Source: Alphaproteobacteria bacterium
GTDB taxonomy: Bacteria; Pseudomonadota; Alphaproteobacteria; UBA828
NCBI GenBank assembly: GCA_965221125.1
Contig: CBDCRW010000006.1
Coordinates: 416,001-480,000 of the forward strand
Direction of reading: 5' to 3'
Length of the DNA: 64,000 nucleotides
The notes beneath the pieces were generated by a model. The model was not told the origin of the DNA and did not search any database. It was given only the letters and a program-made list of their open reading frames with translations. This document shows, one piece after another, positions 9,874-17,704 of this stretch (positions within the stretch are counted from its first letter, which is position 1; each line of letters begins with the position of its first letter). The translations under genes and the position numbers were made by a program.

Positions 9874-10910
9874 CCGGCTTCCCGACCCGCGCCCCGATCG
9901 AGCTGGAGGAGCGGCCGCGCGAGCAGCAATGGCTGGTGGACACGCTATGGGGCGAGCAGGCCGTCGGCATCGTCGGCGGCGAGCCGAAGTGCGGCAAGTC
10001 CATCCTGGCGCTGGACCTCGCGGTCGCAGTCGCCGCCGGCGTCCCATGCCTGCGGCACTTCGCCCCGGCCCGGCCTGGCCCGGTCCTGCTGTTCGCCGCA
10101 GAAGACGCCGGCCACCTCGTGCGCAAGCGCCTGCAGGGGATCGCCCGCGCCGCAGGCGCCCGCTTCGAGACCCTCGACATCGCCGTCATCGACGTGCCCA
10201 CACTGCGCCTCGACCATCTCGACGACCGCCGCCGCCTGCAGCAGACCGTGGAGCGCATCGCACCGCGCCTCGTGGTCCTCGACCCCCTGGTCCGCCTGCA
10301 CGGCGTGGACGAGAACACGGTTGCGGACGTCGCCCCGATCCTCGGCTTCCTGCGCGACCTGCAACGCCGCTTCGAGACCGCCGTCCTCCTCGTCCACCAC
10401 GCCCGCAAGAGCGGGGCCACGAGGCCGGGGCAGGCCCTGCGGGGCAGCAGTGAGCTGCACGCCTGGGGGGACTCGAACCTCTACCTGCGCCGCCGGGACC
10501 GGCAGACCCTCATGACCGTCGAGCATCGCGCCGCACGCGGTCTCGACGACATCGAGATCGAGCTCAAGGAAGACGGAGAGGAGCCCTCCTTCCGGCTGCG
10601 CCAGCCGCCCACGGCCGGCGGCGGGGCGCCTCAGCCCGAAACACCCGAATGCCGCGTTCTCAAGGCGCTCGCCGACGCCGGGGCGCCGCTCTCGCAACGC
10701 CAGATCCGGGAACGCGCCGCGACCCGGCACAAGACCGTCGGCGTAATCTTGCAAAAGCTCGTCCAGGAGGGTCGCGTCGCGCGCAACGCCGAGGGCGGCT
10801 ACAGCGTCGTCGCAGGCGCAGCGGACAAGCGGGCGGCGGCCGCCGCCGCCAACGGCAGCAGTCGGCCGCAGGCCCCGCGGTTCCCGGAGCCCGGTTCCGC
10901 CAACGCCTAG
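9870..10910 (+). CDS. RecA-fold AAA_25/RepA-like ATPase (helicase-like) with C-terminal winged-HTH-like segment
   Basis: WLVDTLW, Walker A GEPKCGKS, FAAED, Walker B VVLDPL, LVHHARK, LRGSSELHAW; C-terminal LSQRQIRE...VILQKLVQEGRV; ATGA coupling. Confidence 0.85.
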   Translation: MTGFPTRAPIELEERPREQQWLVDTLWGEQAVGIVGGEPKCGKSILALDLAVAVAAGVPCLRHFAPARPGPVLLFAAEDAGHLVRKRLQGIARAAGARFETLDIAVIDVPTLRLDHLDDRRRLQQTVERIAPRLVVLDPLVRLHGVDENTVADVAPILGFLRDLQRRFETAVLLVHHARKSGATRPGQALRGSSELHAWGDSNLYLRRRDRQTLMTVEHRAARGLDDIEIELKEDGEEPSFRLRQPPTAGGGAPQPETPECRVLKALADAGAPLSQRQIRERAATRHKTVGVILQKLVQEGRVARNAEGGYSVVAGAADKRAAAAAANGSSRPQAPRFPEPGSANA

Positions 10911-11241
10911 GGGTTCGAGCCGGAACCGCCGTCGGGAACCACCCTTCCCCAACGGTCCGGAAGGCGCTGCGCCTCCACCGGGATACTACGTCAGGTGAGC
11001 GGCCAGTCCGTGGCCGGAAGCTTGCTTCAGGCCATGGCAGCACTTCGTCGTGTGGACGGTGGCGAGTCACCCGAAGGGCCGAAGCGAAGCGCAGGAGCGG
11101 CGCAGCCGCTTGACGCGCCGACGGCCGCGCGACACCTCGTCAGCTCTCCTCAAGCACCAGTCCAAACCTCAATCAGACAGCGACCCCGGACCGCCCGCAG
11201 AGACCATGAGCTCCTACGCTTCGATCCGGAAAAGACCGAGC

Positions 11242-11315
11242 AATCTGGGAAATCAGGGCAGCGATCACGTCAAATAATCTGGGAGATTCGGCGTCAAATA
11301 ACGTGCGAAACAACA
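11242..11315. repeat. Transposon right-end internal repeats (putative transposase binding sites)
   Basis: AATCTGGGA at 11242 and 11276; CGTCAAATAA at 11268 and 11292. Confidence 0.7.
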
Positions 11316-11410
11316 CCATCGCCCTTTCGGGGAAGTCGGGCCGGAGCGGCTCCGGGGGGCCGGCTCGCGGCCGGGCGCTCGGCCGGCGGGCTCCCGCCGC
11401 CGCCGGGACG

Positions 11411-11544
11411 GGCCAGCTTGGGCCACCATGAGCCGCCTTGGACCACTTTGGGCCACTTTGTGCCACTTTGTGCCACTTTGTGCCGCCCGTTTCGGACCAC
11501 TTTGGGCCACTTTGGACCGGCATAGACCGGAATAGGCCGGATTA
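11411..11544. repeat. 10-bp tandem repeat array (consensus KRCCACTTTG, degenerate at both ends)
   Basis: GACCACTTTG GGCCACTTTG TGCCACTTTG TGCCACTTTG...; about 13 units with one 4-nt phase shift. Confidence 0.9.
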
Positions 11545-11574
11545 AGGCCCTTCCGTGCAAAACGGCACCGCTCT

Positions 11575-12273
11575 TTACGCTTGTCGCTCGCGACAGCCGG
11601 ACGGGTTCGGCACGGAAATCCTGCCGGCGAGCCAGTCGTCGACGATGTCGGTGGCGGGCACGCCGGCGGCTTCGCTTGCGGAGAGCGCCTTAATCTCGAG
11701 CCAGGCGCTCACCAGCGCGTAGCCGAGGGCGTATCCCGCATGGCGCGGCCAATCGGGGTCGTCCTTGCGGCCGAACATCCAGTTGTCGTGCTCGTAGTCG
11801 TCCGCAGACAGGAGCGGGCGGGCGCGCTGCGCCATCCTCCCCAGAATCTCATCGTCGAGCGCCACCGCGTAGAAGGGCGTGGGCGCGCCGACCTCCTCCT
11901 CGAAGCACTGGGCCAGGCCTTCGCTGACGAAGCGGGCGCCCAGCGTGTACGCCTCGACGCCGCTGCGAAGCCGCGCCACATGGTGAATCTCGTGCGCCAG
12001 CGTCGCAAAGACCCTGTCGCAGCGCTCGGGGTCCTGCAGCCGGGGCGAGGCCGGGTCCACCGTGAGCGTGATGCGGCCGGGACCGTTCGCGCGGCCGCTG
12101 AGGCCCCACTCCCGCAGCACCCAGGGCTCGGGCGCCACGACGATATCGAGGCGGTCCAGTCGAATGTACTGCGCGATCTGCTCGTTCGCCGCTTCGAGCT
12201 CGCACATGACATCGTTTCTGAGCAGCGCCGGGATCTCGTCCATCGCATCCAGGAGAAGGATTTCGATCGTCAT
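11575..12273 (-). CDS. Predicted Zn-dependent protease (DUF2268-like)
   Basis: HExxH (AHEIHH), downstream SEGLA, GYALGY. Confidence 0.75.
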   Translation of the reverse strand: MTIEILLLDAMDEIPALLRNDVMCELEAANEQIAQYIRLDRLDIVVAPEPWVLREWGLSGRANGPGRITLTVDPASPRLQDPERCDRVFATLAHEIHHVARLRSGVEAYTLGARFVSEGLAQCFEEEVGAPTPFYAVALDDEILGRMAQRARPLLSADDYEHDNWMFGRKDDPDWPRHAGYALGYALVSAWLEIKALSASEAAGVPATDIVDDWLAGRISVPNPSGCRERQA

Positions 12274-12471
12274 GGCTCTCCCGGTCGGCGACGTCCCGAG
12301 CGCCGTCTGTAGCGAGCGGCCGGCGACAAAGATAATGCCGCGCGCGTCGACATCCATGCCGGGACGGCATTCCGCAAGGCCGCCGTGCCCTGCGGTGGCC
12401 CGTGCTTGCCATCGAAACCGGGGCGTGGAAGGTTTCGTCGCCGCGCGGGGAGCTACGGGACGGCGGATGAA

Positions 12472-12555
12472 TTGCAGAGCGTCGGTCTGGTGATATTCGA
12501 CTGCGACGGGGTCATCGCCGACAGCGAAGTTCTGAGCGCACGTGTCCTGGTCCGG
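12472..12555 (+). pseudogene. N-terminal remnant of a HAD-family hydrolase
   Basis: LVIFDCDGVIADSE (HAD motif I), after which recognisable sequence is lost within about 28 codons. Confidence 0.6.
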
Positions 12556-12608
12556 CGGGCCGCGCGAGGCCGTGGGCCGCTTCTTCGACGGCGTGGAGGC
12601 CTGATTCG

Positions 12609-13535
12609 ATGCTGCTTTGCTGCGGCGAAGCCCTGATCGACATGATCCCGATGCCGACCGCGTCGGGGCAGGAGGGCTACGTGCCGCACGTGGGCGGCGC
12701 GGTCTTCAACACCGCGATCGCGCTCGGCCGGCTCGGCGTGCAGACGGGCATGCTGACCGGGCTTTCCACCGATCTGTTCGGCCAGCAACTGATGGCGTCG
12801 CTTCACGCGAACCACGTGGACACGTCTCTGCTCGTCACCTCCGACCGTCACACCACGCTCGCCTTCGTGCAGCTCACGGACGGCCACGCCACCTACACCT
12901 TCTTCGACGAGAACTCGGCCGGGCGGATGCTGGGCCAGGGCGACATGCCCGCGCTGCCGGACGAGGTCAGCACCCTCTACTTCGGCGGCATCAGCCTGGT
13001 CTTCGAGCCCTGCGCCGAGGCCTACGCCGCGCTGCTGAAGCGCGAGGCGGCGGCTCGCGTCATCATGCTCGACCCCAACATCCGCCCGAGCTTCATCCGG
13101 GACATCAAGCGCTACCGCGACCGCCTGGACCGGATGATCGCGCTGGCCGACATTGTGAAGGTCTCGGACGAGGACCTGAACTGGATCTACCCCGGCCCGG
13201 AATCGCTCTCCGACAAGCTGGACTTCGTGCGCCGGGCCGGGCCATCCGTGGTGATCCTGACGCGGAGCGGGAGCGACGCGTCCGCGTTCCTGAAGGACGG
13301 CGCCGAGGTCTCGGTTCCGGTGGACCGCGTCGACGTCGTCGACACCATCGGCGCGGGCGACACCTTCAACGCGGGCGTGCTGGCCAAGCTCGCGGAGCTC
13401 GGGATGCTCGTGAAGGACTCGCTCGCCGCCATCGATCCGGAGCGGATGCGGGACGCCCTGCGCTTCGGCACGCGGGTCGCCGGGATCACCGTGTCCCGCG
13501 CAGGCGCTAACCCGCCGTGGCGGCACGAGCTTTGA
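12609..13535 (+). CDS. PfkB-family carbohydrate kinase (fructokinase-like)
   Basis: GEALIDM, GGAVFNTAIALGRLG, DPNIRP, DTIGAGDTFNAG. Confidence 0.9.
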   Translation: MLLCCGEALIDMIPMPTASGQEGYVPHVGGAVFNTAIALGRLGVQTGMLTGLSTDLFGQQLMASLHANHVDTSLLVTSDRHTTLAFVQLTDGHATYTFFDENSAGRMLGQGDMPALPDEVSTLYFGGISLVFEPCAEAYAALLKREAAARVIMLDPNIRPSFIRDIKRYRDRLDRMIALADIVKVSDEDLNWIYPGPESLSDKLDFVRRAGPSVVILTRSGSDASAFLKDGAEVSVPVDRVDVVDTIGAGDTFNAGVLAKLAELGMLVKDSLAAIDPERMRDALRFGTRVAGITVSRAGANPPWRHEL

Positions 13536-13590
13536 CCCGCGATCCTCCCCACGGTCATGGTGAGGATTGCCGGCTAAAGATCGACTGACC

Positions 13591-15054
13591 ATGGTTTCGC
13601 GAGTCATACCGGTCGAGCCGTTCGACTTCGTGGTCTTCGGCAGCACCGGCGATCTGGCGCGGCGCAAGCTGCTGCCCGCGCTCTACCGCCGCATGCTCGC
13701 AGGCCAGGCGCCGCAGGGCTCGCGCATCGTCGCCGTCGGCCGGCGGGACCTCGACGCGGACGGCTACCGCCGCATGGCCGAGGCGGCGCTCGGCGAGCAC
13801 GCGGGGCCGGGCGCGCTCGAGGCCGATCGGGCGGCGGCCTTCCTCGCCATGCTCGACTACGTGCGCGTCGATGCGGAGGGCGAGGGCGGCTGGGCCGCGC
13901 TAGCGGACACGCTCGACGGCTCGGCGCGCATGCGGGCCTTCTACCTCTCCGTGGCGCCGCGGCACTTCGGCCCGATCAGCGAGCGGCTGGCGGCGAGCGG
14001 ATGCCGCACGCCGGAGACGCGGTTGGTGGTCGAGAAGCCCTTCGGCCGCGACCTCGAGAGCGCGCAGGCGCTGAACCGCCGGCTCGCCACGCTCTTCGAC
14101 GAGCGCCAGATCTACCGGATCGACCACTACCTCGGAAAGGAGACGGTGCAGAACCTGATGGCGCTACGCTTCGCCAATGCGCTGTTCGAGCCGATCTGGA
14201 ACGCGCGCCACGTCGATCACGTGCAGATCACGGTTGCCGAGCGGGTGGGCATCGGCGGCCGGGGCGGCTACTACGACCGGAACGGCGCGCTGCGCGACAT
14301 GATGCAGAACCACCTGCTGCAGCTGCTCTGCCTGATCGCCATGGAGCCGCCCGGGCACTTCGAGCCGGATGCGGTGCGGGACGAGAAGCTCAAGGTGCTG
14401 CGCAGCCTGAAGCCGGTGGACGGGCTCGGCGACGTGGTGCGCGGCCAGTACCTGGGCGCAGGCGGCGAGGCGGGCTACCTGGAGGATGCGGAGAACCCCG
14501 CATCGCGCACCGAGAGCTTCGCGGCGCTCAAGGCGGAGGTCGCCAACTGGCGCTGGAACGGCGCGCCCTTCTACCTGCGCACCGGCAAGCGGCTCAGGGC
14601 GCGGATGTCCGAGATCGCCGTCGTCTTCAAGGACGCGCCGCATTCGATCTTTCCTGAGAGCGCGGGCGGCACGGGCGCCAACGTGCTGGCGATCAGGCTG
14701 CAGCCCGACGAGGGGATCACGCTGCGGCTCACGATCAAGGAGCCCGGCCCCGGCGGCATGCGGCTCTGCGAGGCGCCGCTCGACATGACCTTCGCCGAGA
14801 CCATGGGCGCGCAGGGGCTCACCATGCCGGACGCTTACGAGCGGCTGGTGATGGACGTGATCCGGGGCGACCAGACGCTGTTCATGCGGGGCGACGAGGT
14901 CGAGGCGGCGTGGCGCTGGATCGACCCGATCATCGCCGCGGCGGAGGTCGCGCCGGAGCGGCCGCAACCCTACGACAGCTATTCGTCCGGCCCCGAAGAC
15001 TCGCTGATGCTGATGCATCGGGACGGCCGGCGCTGGCGCGCGCTCGCCGCGTGA
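13591..15054 (+). CDS. zwf: Glucose-6-phosphate 1-dehydrogenase
   Basis: FGSTGDLARRKL, EKPFG, RIDHYLGKE, RDMMQNHLLQ, YLRTGKRL. Confidence 0.96.
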   Translation: MVSRVIPVEPFDFVVFGSTGDLARRKLLPALYRRMLAGQAPQGSRIVAVGRRDLDADGYRRMAEAALGEHAGPGALEADRAAAFLAMLDYVRVDAEGEGGWAALADTLDGSARMRAFYLSVAPRHFGPISERLAASGCRTPETRLVVEKPFGRDLESAQALNRRLATLFDERQIYRIDHYLGKETVQNLMALRFANALFEPIWNARHVDHVQITVAERVGIGGRGGYYDRNGALRDMMQNHLLQLLCLIAMEPPGHFEPDAVRDEKLKVLRSLKPVDGLGDVVRGQYLGAGGEAGYLEDAENPASRTESFAALKAEVANWRWNGAPFYLRTGKRLRARMSEIAVVFKDAPHSIFPESAGGTGANVLAIRLQPDEGITLRLTIKEPGPGGMRLCEAPLDMTFAETMGAQGLTMPDAYERLVMDVIRGDQTLFMRGDEVEAAWRWIDPIIAAAEVAPERPQPYDSYSSGPEDSLMLMHRDGRRWRALAA

Positions 15055-15692
15055 CGCGCATCGTCGAGGCCCAGAATCGGGGCGCGCTGGCCCGCCTGCT
15101 GGCGGACGAGGTCGCGGCGCTGCTGGCGGCGGCGGTTCGGGAGACCGGCCGTGCCGCGCTGGCGGTGCCGGGCGGCACCACGCCGGCCGCGTTTCTCAGC
15201 GCGCTCGGCGGCCATGCGCTCGACTGGGCGGCCGTCGCGGTGACGCTCACCGACGAGCGCTGCGTCCCCGCCGGCCATCCGCGCTCCAACCGGCGCCTGC
15301 TGGACGAGACGCTGTTCGCCGGCCCCGCCCGCGCGGCGCGCTTCGTGGCACTCGACGACACAGAGGCGCTGTCCACGCTGCTGCCGCTCGACGCCTGCGT
15401 GCTGGGGATGGGGGAGGATTGCCACATCGCCTCGCTCTTCCCCGGCGCCGACGCGCTTTCGCCGGACTGCGCGGCGCCGTCCATGCGGCTCAGCGCCCCC
15501 GGCGCACCGGAGGAGCGCATCACGCTGACCGCGCCGGCGCTGACCGGGGCAGAACAATGCTTCGTGCTGATCCACGGCCAGGACAAGCGCGCGGCGCTGG
15601 AGCGGGCGGGGGCTGCGGCCGGCCCGGCTGAAGCCCCGGTGCGACTGGTCCTGGGCGGGCCGCGCCCCGGTACTGTTTACTGGGCGGCATAG
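15051..15692 (+). CDS. pgl: 6-phosphogluconolactonase
   Basis: PGGTTP, TDERCVP...SN, LGMGEDCHIASLFP, ERITLT; GTGA overlap with zwf. Confidence 0.9.
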   Translation: MTRIVEAQNRGALARLLADEVAALLAAAVRETGRAALAVPGGTTPAAFLSALGGHALDWAAVAVTLTDERCVPAGHPRSNRRLLDETLFAGPARAARFVALDDTEALSTLLPLDACVLGMGEDCHIASLFPGADALSPDCAAPSMRLSAPGAPEERITLTAPALTGAEQCFVLIHGQDKRAALERAGAAAGPAEAPVRLVLGGPRPGTVYWAA

Positions 15693-15838
15693 AGCGTATC
15701 CGTGTTACACGGATACGCTCTATGCCTCTATCGCTCACGGCAGCTGGCCTGCGGCCAGCGCCTGCGCGGGCGCGCCGCATTCGCGGCGGGCCGCTGTCGC
15801 GGCCTGTCGCGCGTCCGTACATGACGGACGCTCTCTGA
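15690..15838. repeat. Multi-hairpin intergenic repeat, copy 2
   Basis: TAGAGCGTATCCGTG-TTA-CACGGATACGCTCTA hairpin and TCGCTCACGGCAGC core. Confidence 0.85.
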
Positions 15839-15859
15839 ACCAATGCACGGGAGACTCCG

Positions 15860-17674
15860 ATGCCACTGAACGACACCGTGCACCGGGTGACCGAGCGCAT
15901 CCGCGCAAGGAGCCGGAGCGCGCGCACCGACTATCTCGCGCGCATGGCCCGCGCCGCCGACGCGGGGCCGGGCCGCGCCCATCTCTCCTGCGGCAATTTG
16001 GCGCACGCCTTCGCGGCGAGCCCCGAGGCCGACAAGGCGCGCCAGGCCGAAGCCTCTGCCGGCAACATCGGCATCGTCACCGCCTACAACGACATGCTCT
16101 CGGCCCACCAGCCGTTCGCGGGCTATCCCGCGCTGATCCGCGACGCGGCGCGGAAGGCGGGCGGCACCGCCCAGGTCGCGGGCGGCGTGCCGGCAATGTG
16201 TGACGGCGTGACCCAGGGCCAGCCGGGCATGGAGCTCTCGCTCTTCAGCCGGGACGTGATCGCGCTCGCGGCCGGCGTGGCGCTCTCGCACAACTGCTTC
16301 GACGCCGCGCTCTTCCTCGGCGTCTGCGACAAGATCGTGCCCGGCCTGGTGATCGCAGCGGCCACCTTCGGCCACGTCCCGGCGGTCTTCGTGCCGGCGG
16401 GGCCGATGCCCTCGGGCCTGCCCAACGACGAGAAGGCCGCCGTGCGCGAGCGCTTCGCCCAGGGCGAGATCGGCCGGGACGCGCTGATGGCGGCGGAGAT
16501 GGCGTCCTACCACGGGCCGGGCACCTGCACCTTCTACGGCACGGCGAACTCCAACCAGATGCTGATGGAGTTCATGGGCCTGCACCTGCCGGGCGCGAGC
16601 TTCGTCAACCCCGGCACGCCGCTCCGGGACGCGCTGACCCGGGCGGCGGCGCGCCGCGCGCTGGAAATCACCGCGGGCGGCAACGCCTACACGCCCGTGA
16701 GCGCAGTGCTCGACGAGCGCGCCTTCGTCAACGGCATGGTCGGCCTCCATGCCACGGGGGGCTCGACCAACCTGACCCTGCATCTCGTGGCGATGGCCCG
16801 CGCCGCCGGCGTGCTGATCGAGTGGAGCGACATGGCCGAGCTTTCAGCCGTCACGCCGCTGATGGCGCAGGTCTATCCCAACGGGCTGGCGGACGTGAAC
16901 CACTTCCACGCCGCCGGCGGTCTCGGCTTCCTGATCGGCGAGCTGCTCGACGCCGGTCTGCTGCACGGCGACGTGCGCACCGTCGCGGGCGACGGGCTGG
17001 CCCGCTACACGCAGGAGCCCGTGCTGGGCGAGGGCGGGCTCGAATGGCGCGAGGGCGCGCGCGCCAGCCTGAACGAAAAAATCCTGCGCCCAGCGGCCGA
17101 TCCCTTCCAGCCGAGCGGCGGGCTCGCCGTGCTGAGCGGCAATCTCGGCCGGGCGGTGATCAAGACCTCGGCGGTCAAGCCCGAGCGTCACGTCGTCGAG
17201 GCTCCGGCCCGCGTCTTCCACGATCAGGACGAGGTGAAGGCCGCGTTCCGCAATGGCGTGCTGGAGCGCGACTTCGTCTGCGTGCTGCGCTTCCAGGGGC
17301 CGCAGGCCAACGGCATGCCCGAGCTGCACGCGCTGACGCCGGTGCTGGGCAGCCTGCAGGAGCGCGGCTTCCGCGTGGCGCTGGTCACGGACGGGCGCAT
17401 GTCCGGCGCGTCCGGCAAGGTGCCCGCGGCTATCCACGTCACGCCTGAGGCCGCAGCGGGCGGGCCGATCGCGCGGGTCCGCGACGGCGACGTGATCCGG
17501 CTCGACGCCACGGCGGGCCGGCTCGACGTGCTCGTGGACGCGGCGGCGTTCGCCGCCCGCGCGCCGGCCGAGGCCGACCTCTCGGCCAACGCCAGCGGCA
17601 TCGGGCGCGAGCTTTTCACCGCCTTCCGCAGCCACGTCGGCCCGGCGGAATCGGGCGCCGCGGTGGTTGTCTAG
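15860..17674 (+). CDS. edd: Phosphogluconate dehydratase
   Basis: [59 protein letters not shown]. Confidence 0.96.
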   Translation: MPLNDTVHRVTERIRARSRSARTDYLARMARAADAGPGRAHLSCGNLAHAFAASPEADKARQAEASAGNIGIVTAYNDMLSAHQPFAGYPALIRDAARKAGGTAQVAGGVPAMCDGVTQGQPGMELSLFSRDVIALAAGVALSHNCFDAALFLGVCDKIVPGLVIAAATFGHVPAVFVPAGPMPSGLPNDEKAAVRERFAQGEIGRDALMAAEMASYHGPGTCTFYGTANSNQMLMEFMGLHLPGASFVNPGTPLRDALTRAAARRALEITAGGNAYTPVSAVLDERAFVNGMVGLHATGGSTNLTLHLVAMARAAGVLIEWSDMAELSAVTPLMAQVYPNGLADVNHFHAAGGLGFLIGELLDAGLLHGDVRTVAGDGLARYTQEPVLGEGGLEWREGARASLNEKILRPAADPFQPSGGLAVLSGNLGRAVIKTSAVKPERHVVEAPARVFHDQDEVKAAFRNGVLERDFVCVLRFQGPQANGMPELHALTPVLGSLQERGFRVALVTDGRMSGASGKVPAAIHVTPEAAAGGPIARVRDGDVIRLDATAGRLDVLVDAAAFAARAPAEADLSANASGIGRELFTAFRSHVGPAESGAAVVV

Positions 17675-17704
17675 CCGCTCTCGCGCGGTGCGCCGAGCGA
17701 GCGG

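Larger units (their letters stand above)
6695..11315 (+). mobile_element. Complete Mu/Tn552/IS21-like transposon, 4,621 bp, four genes
   Basis: TGTTGTTT (6695-6702) and AAACAACA (11308-11315) inverted termini; CCATC direct repeat at 6690-6694 and 11316-11320; DDE transposase and AAA+ ATPase inside. Confidence 0.92.

Noticed and set aside
10995-11525. 176-aa ORF as a fifth transposon gene
   Set aside because: Crosses the element boundary and the repeat array; no recognisable motifs
11411-11544. Possible CRISPR array or repeat protein (ORFs reading KWHKVAQSG)
   Set aside because: Units are 10 bp with no spacers and no cas genes; the ORFs are just translations of the repeat
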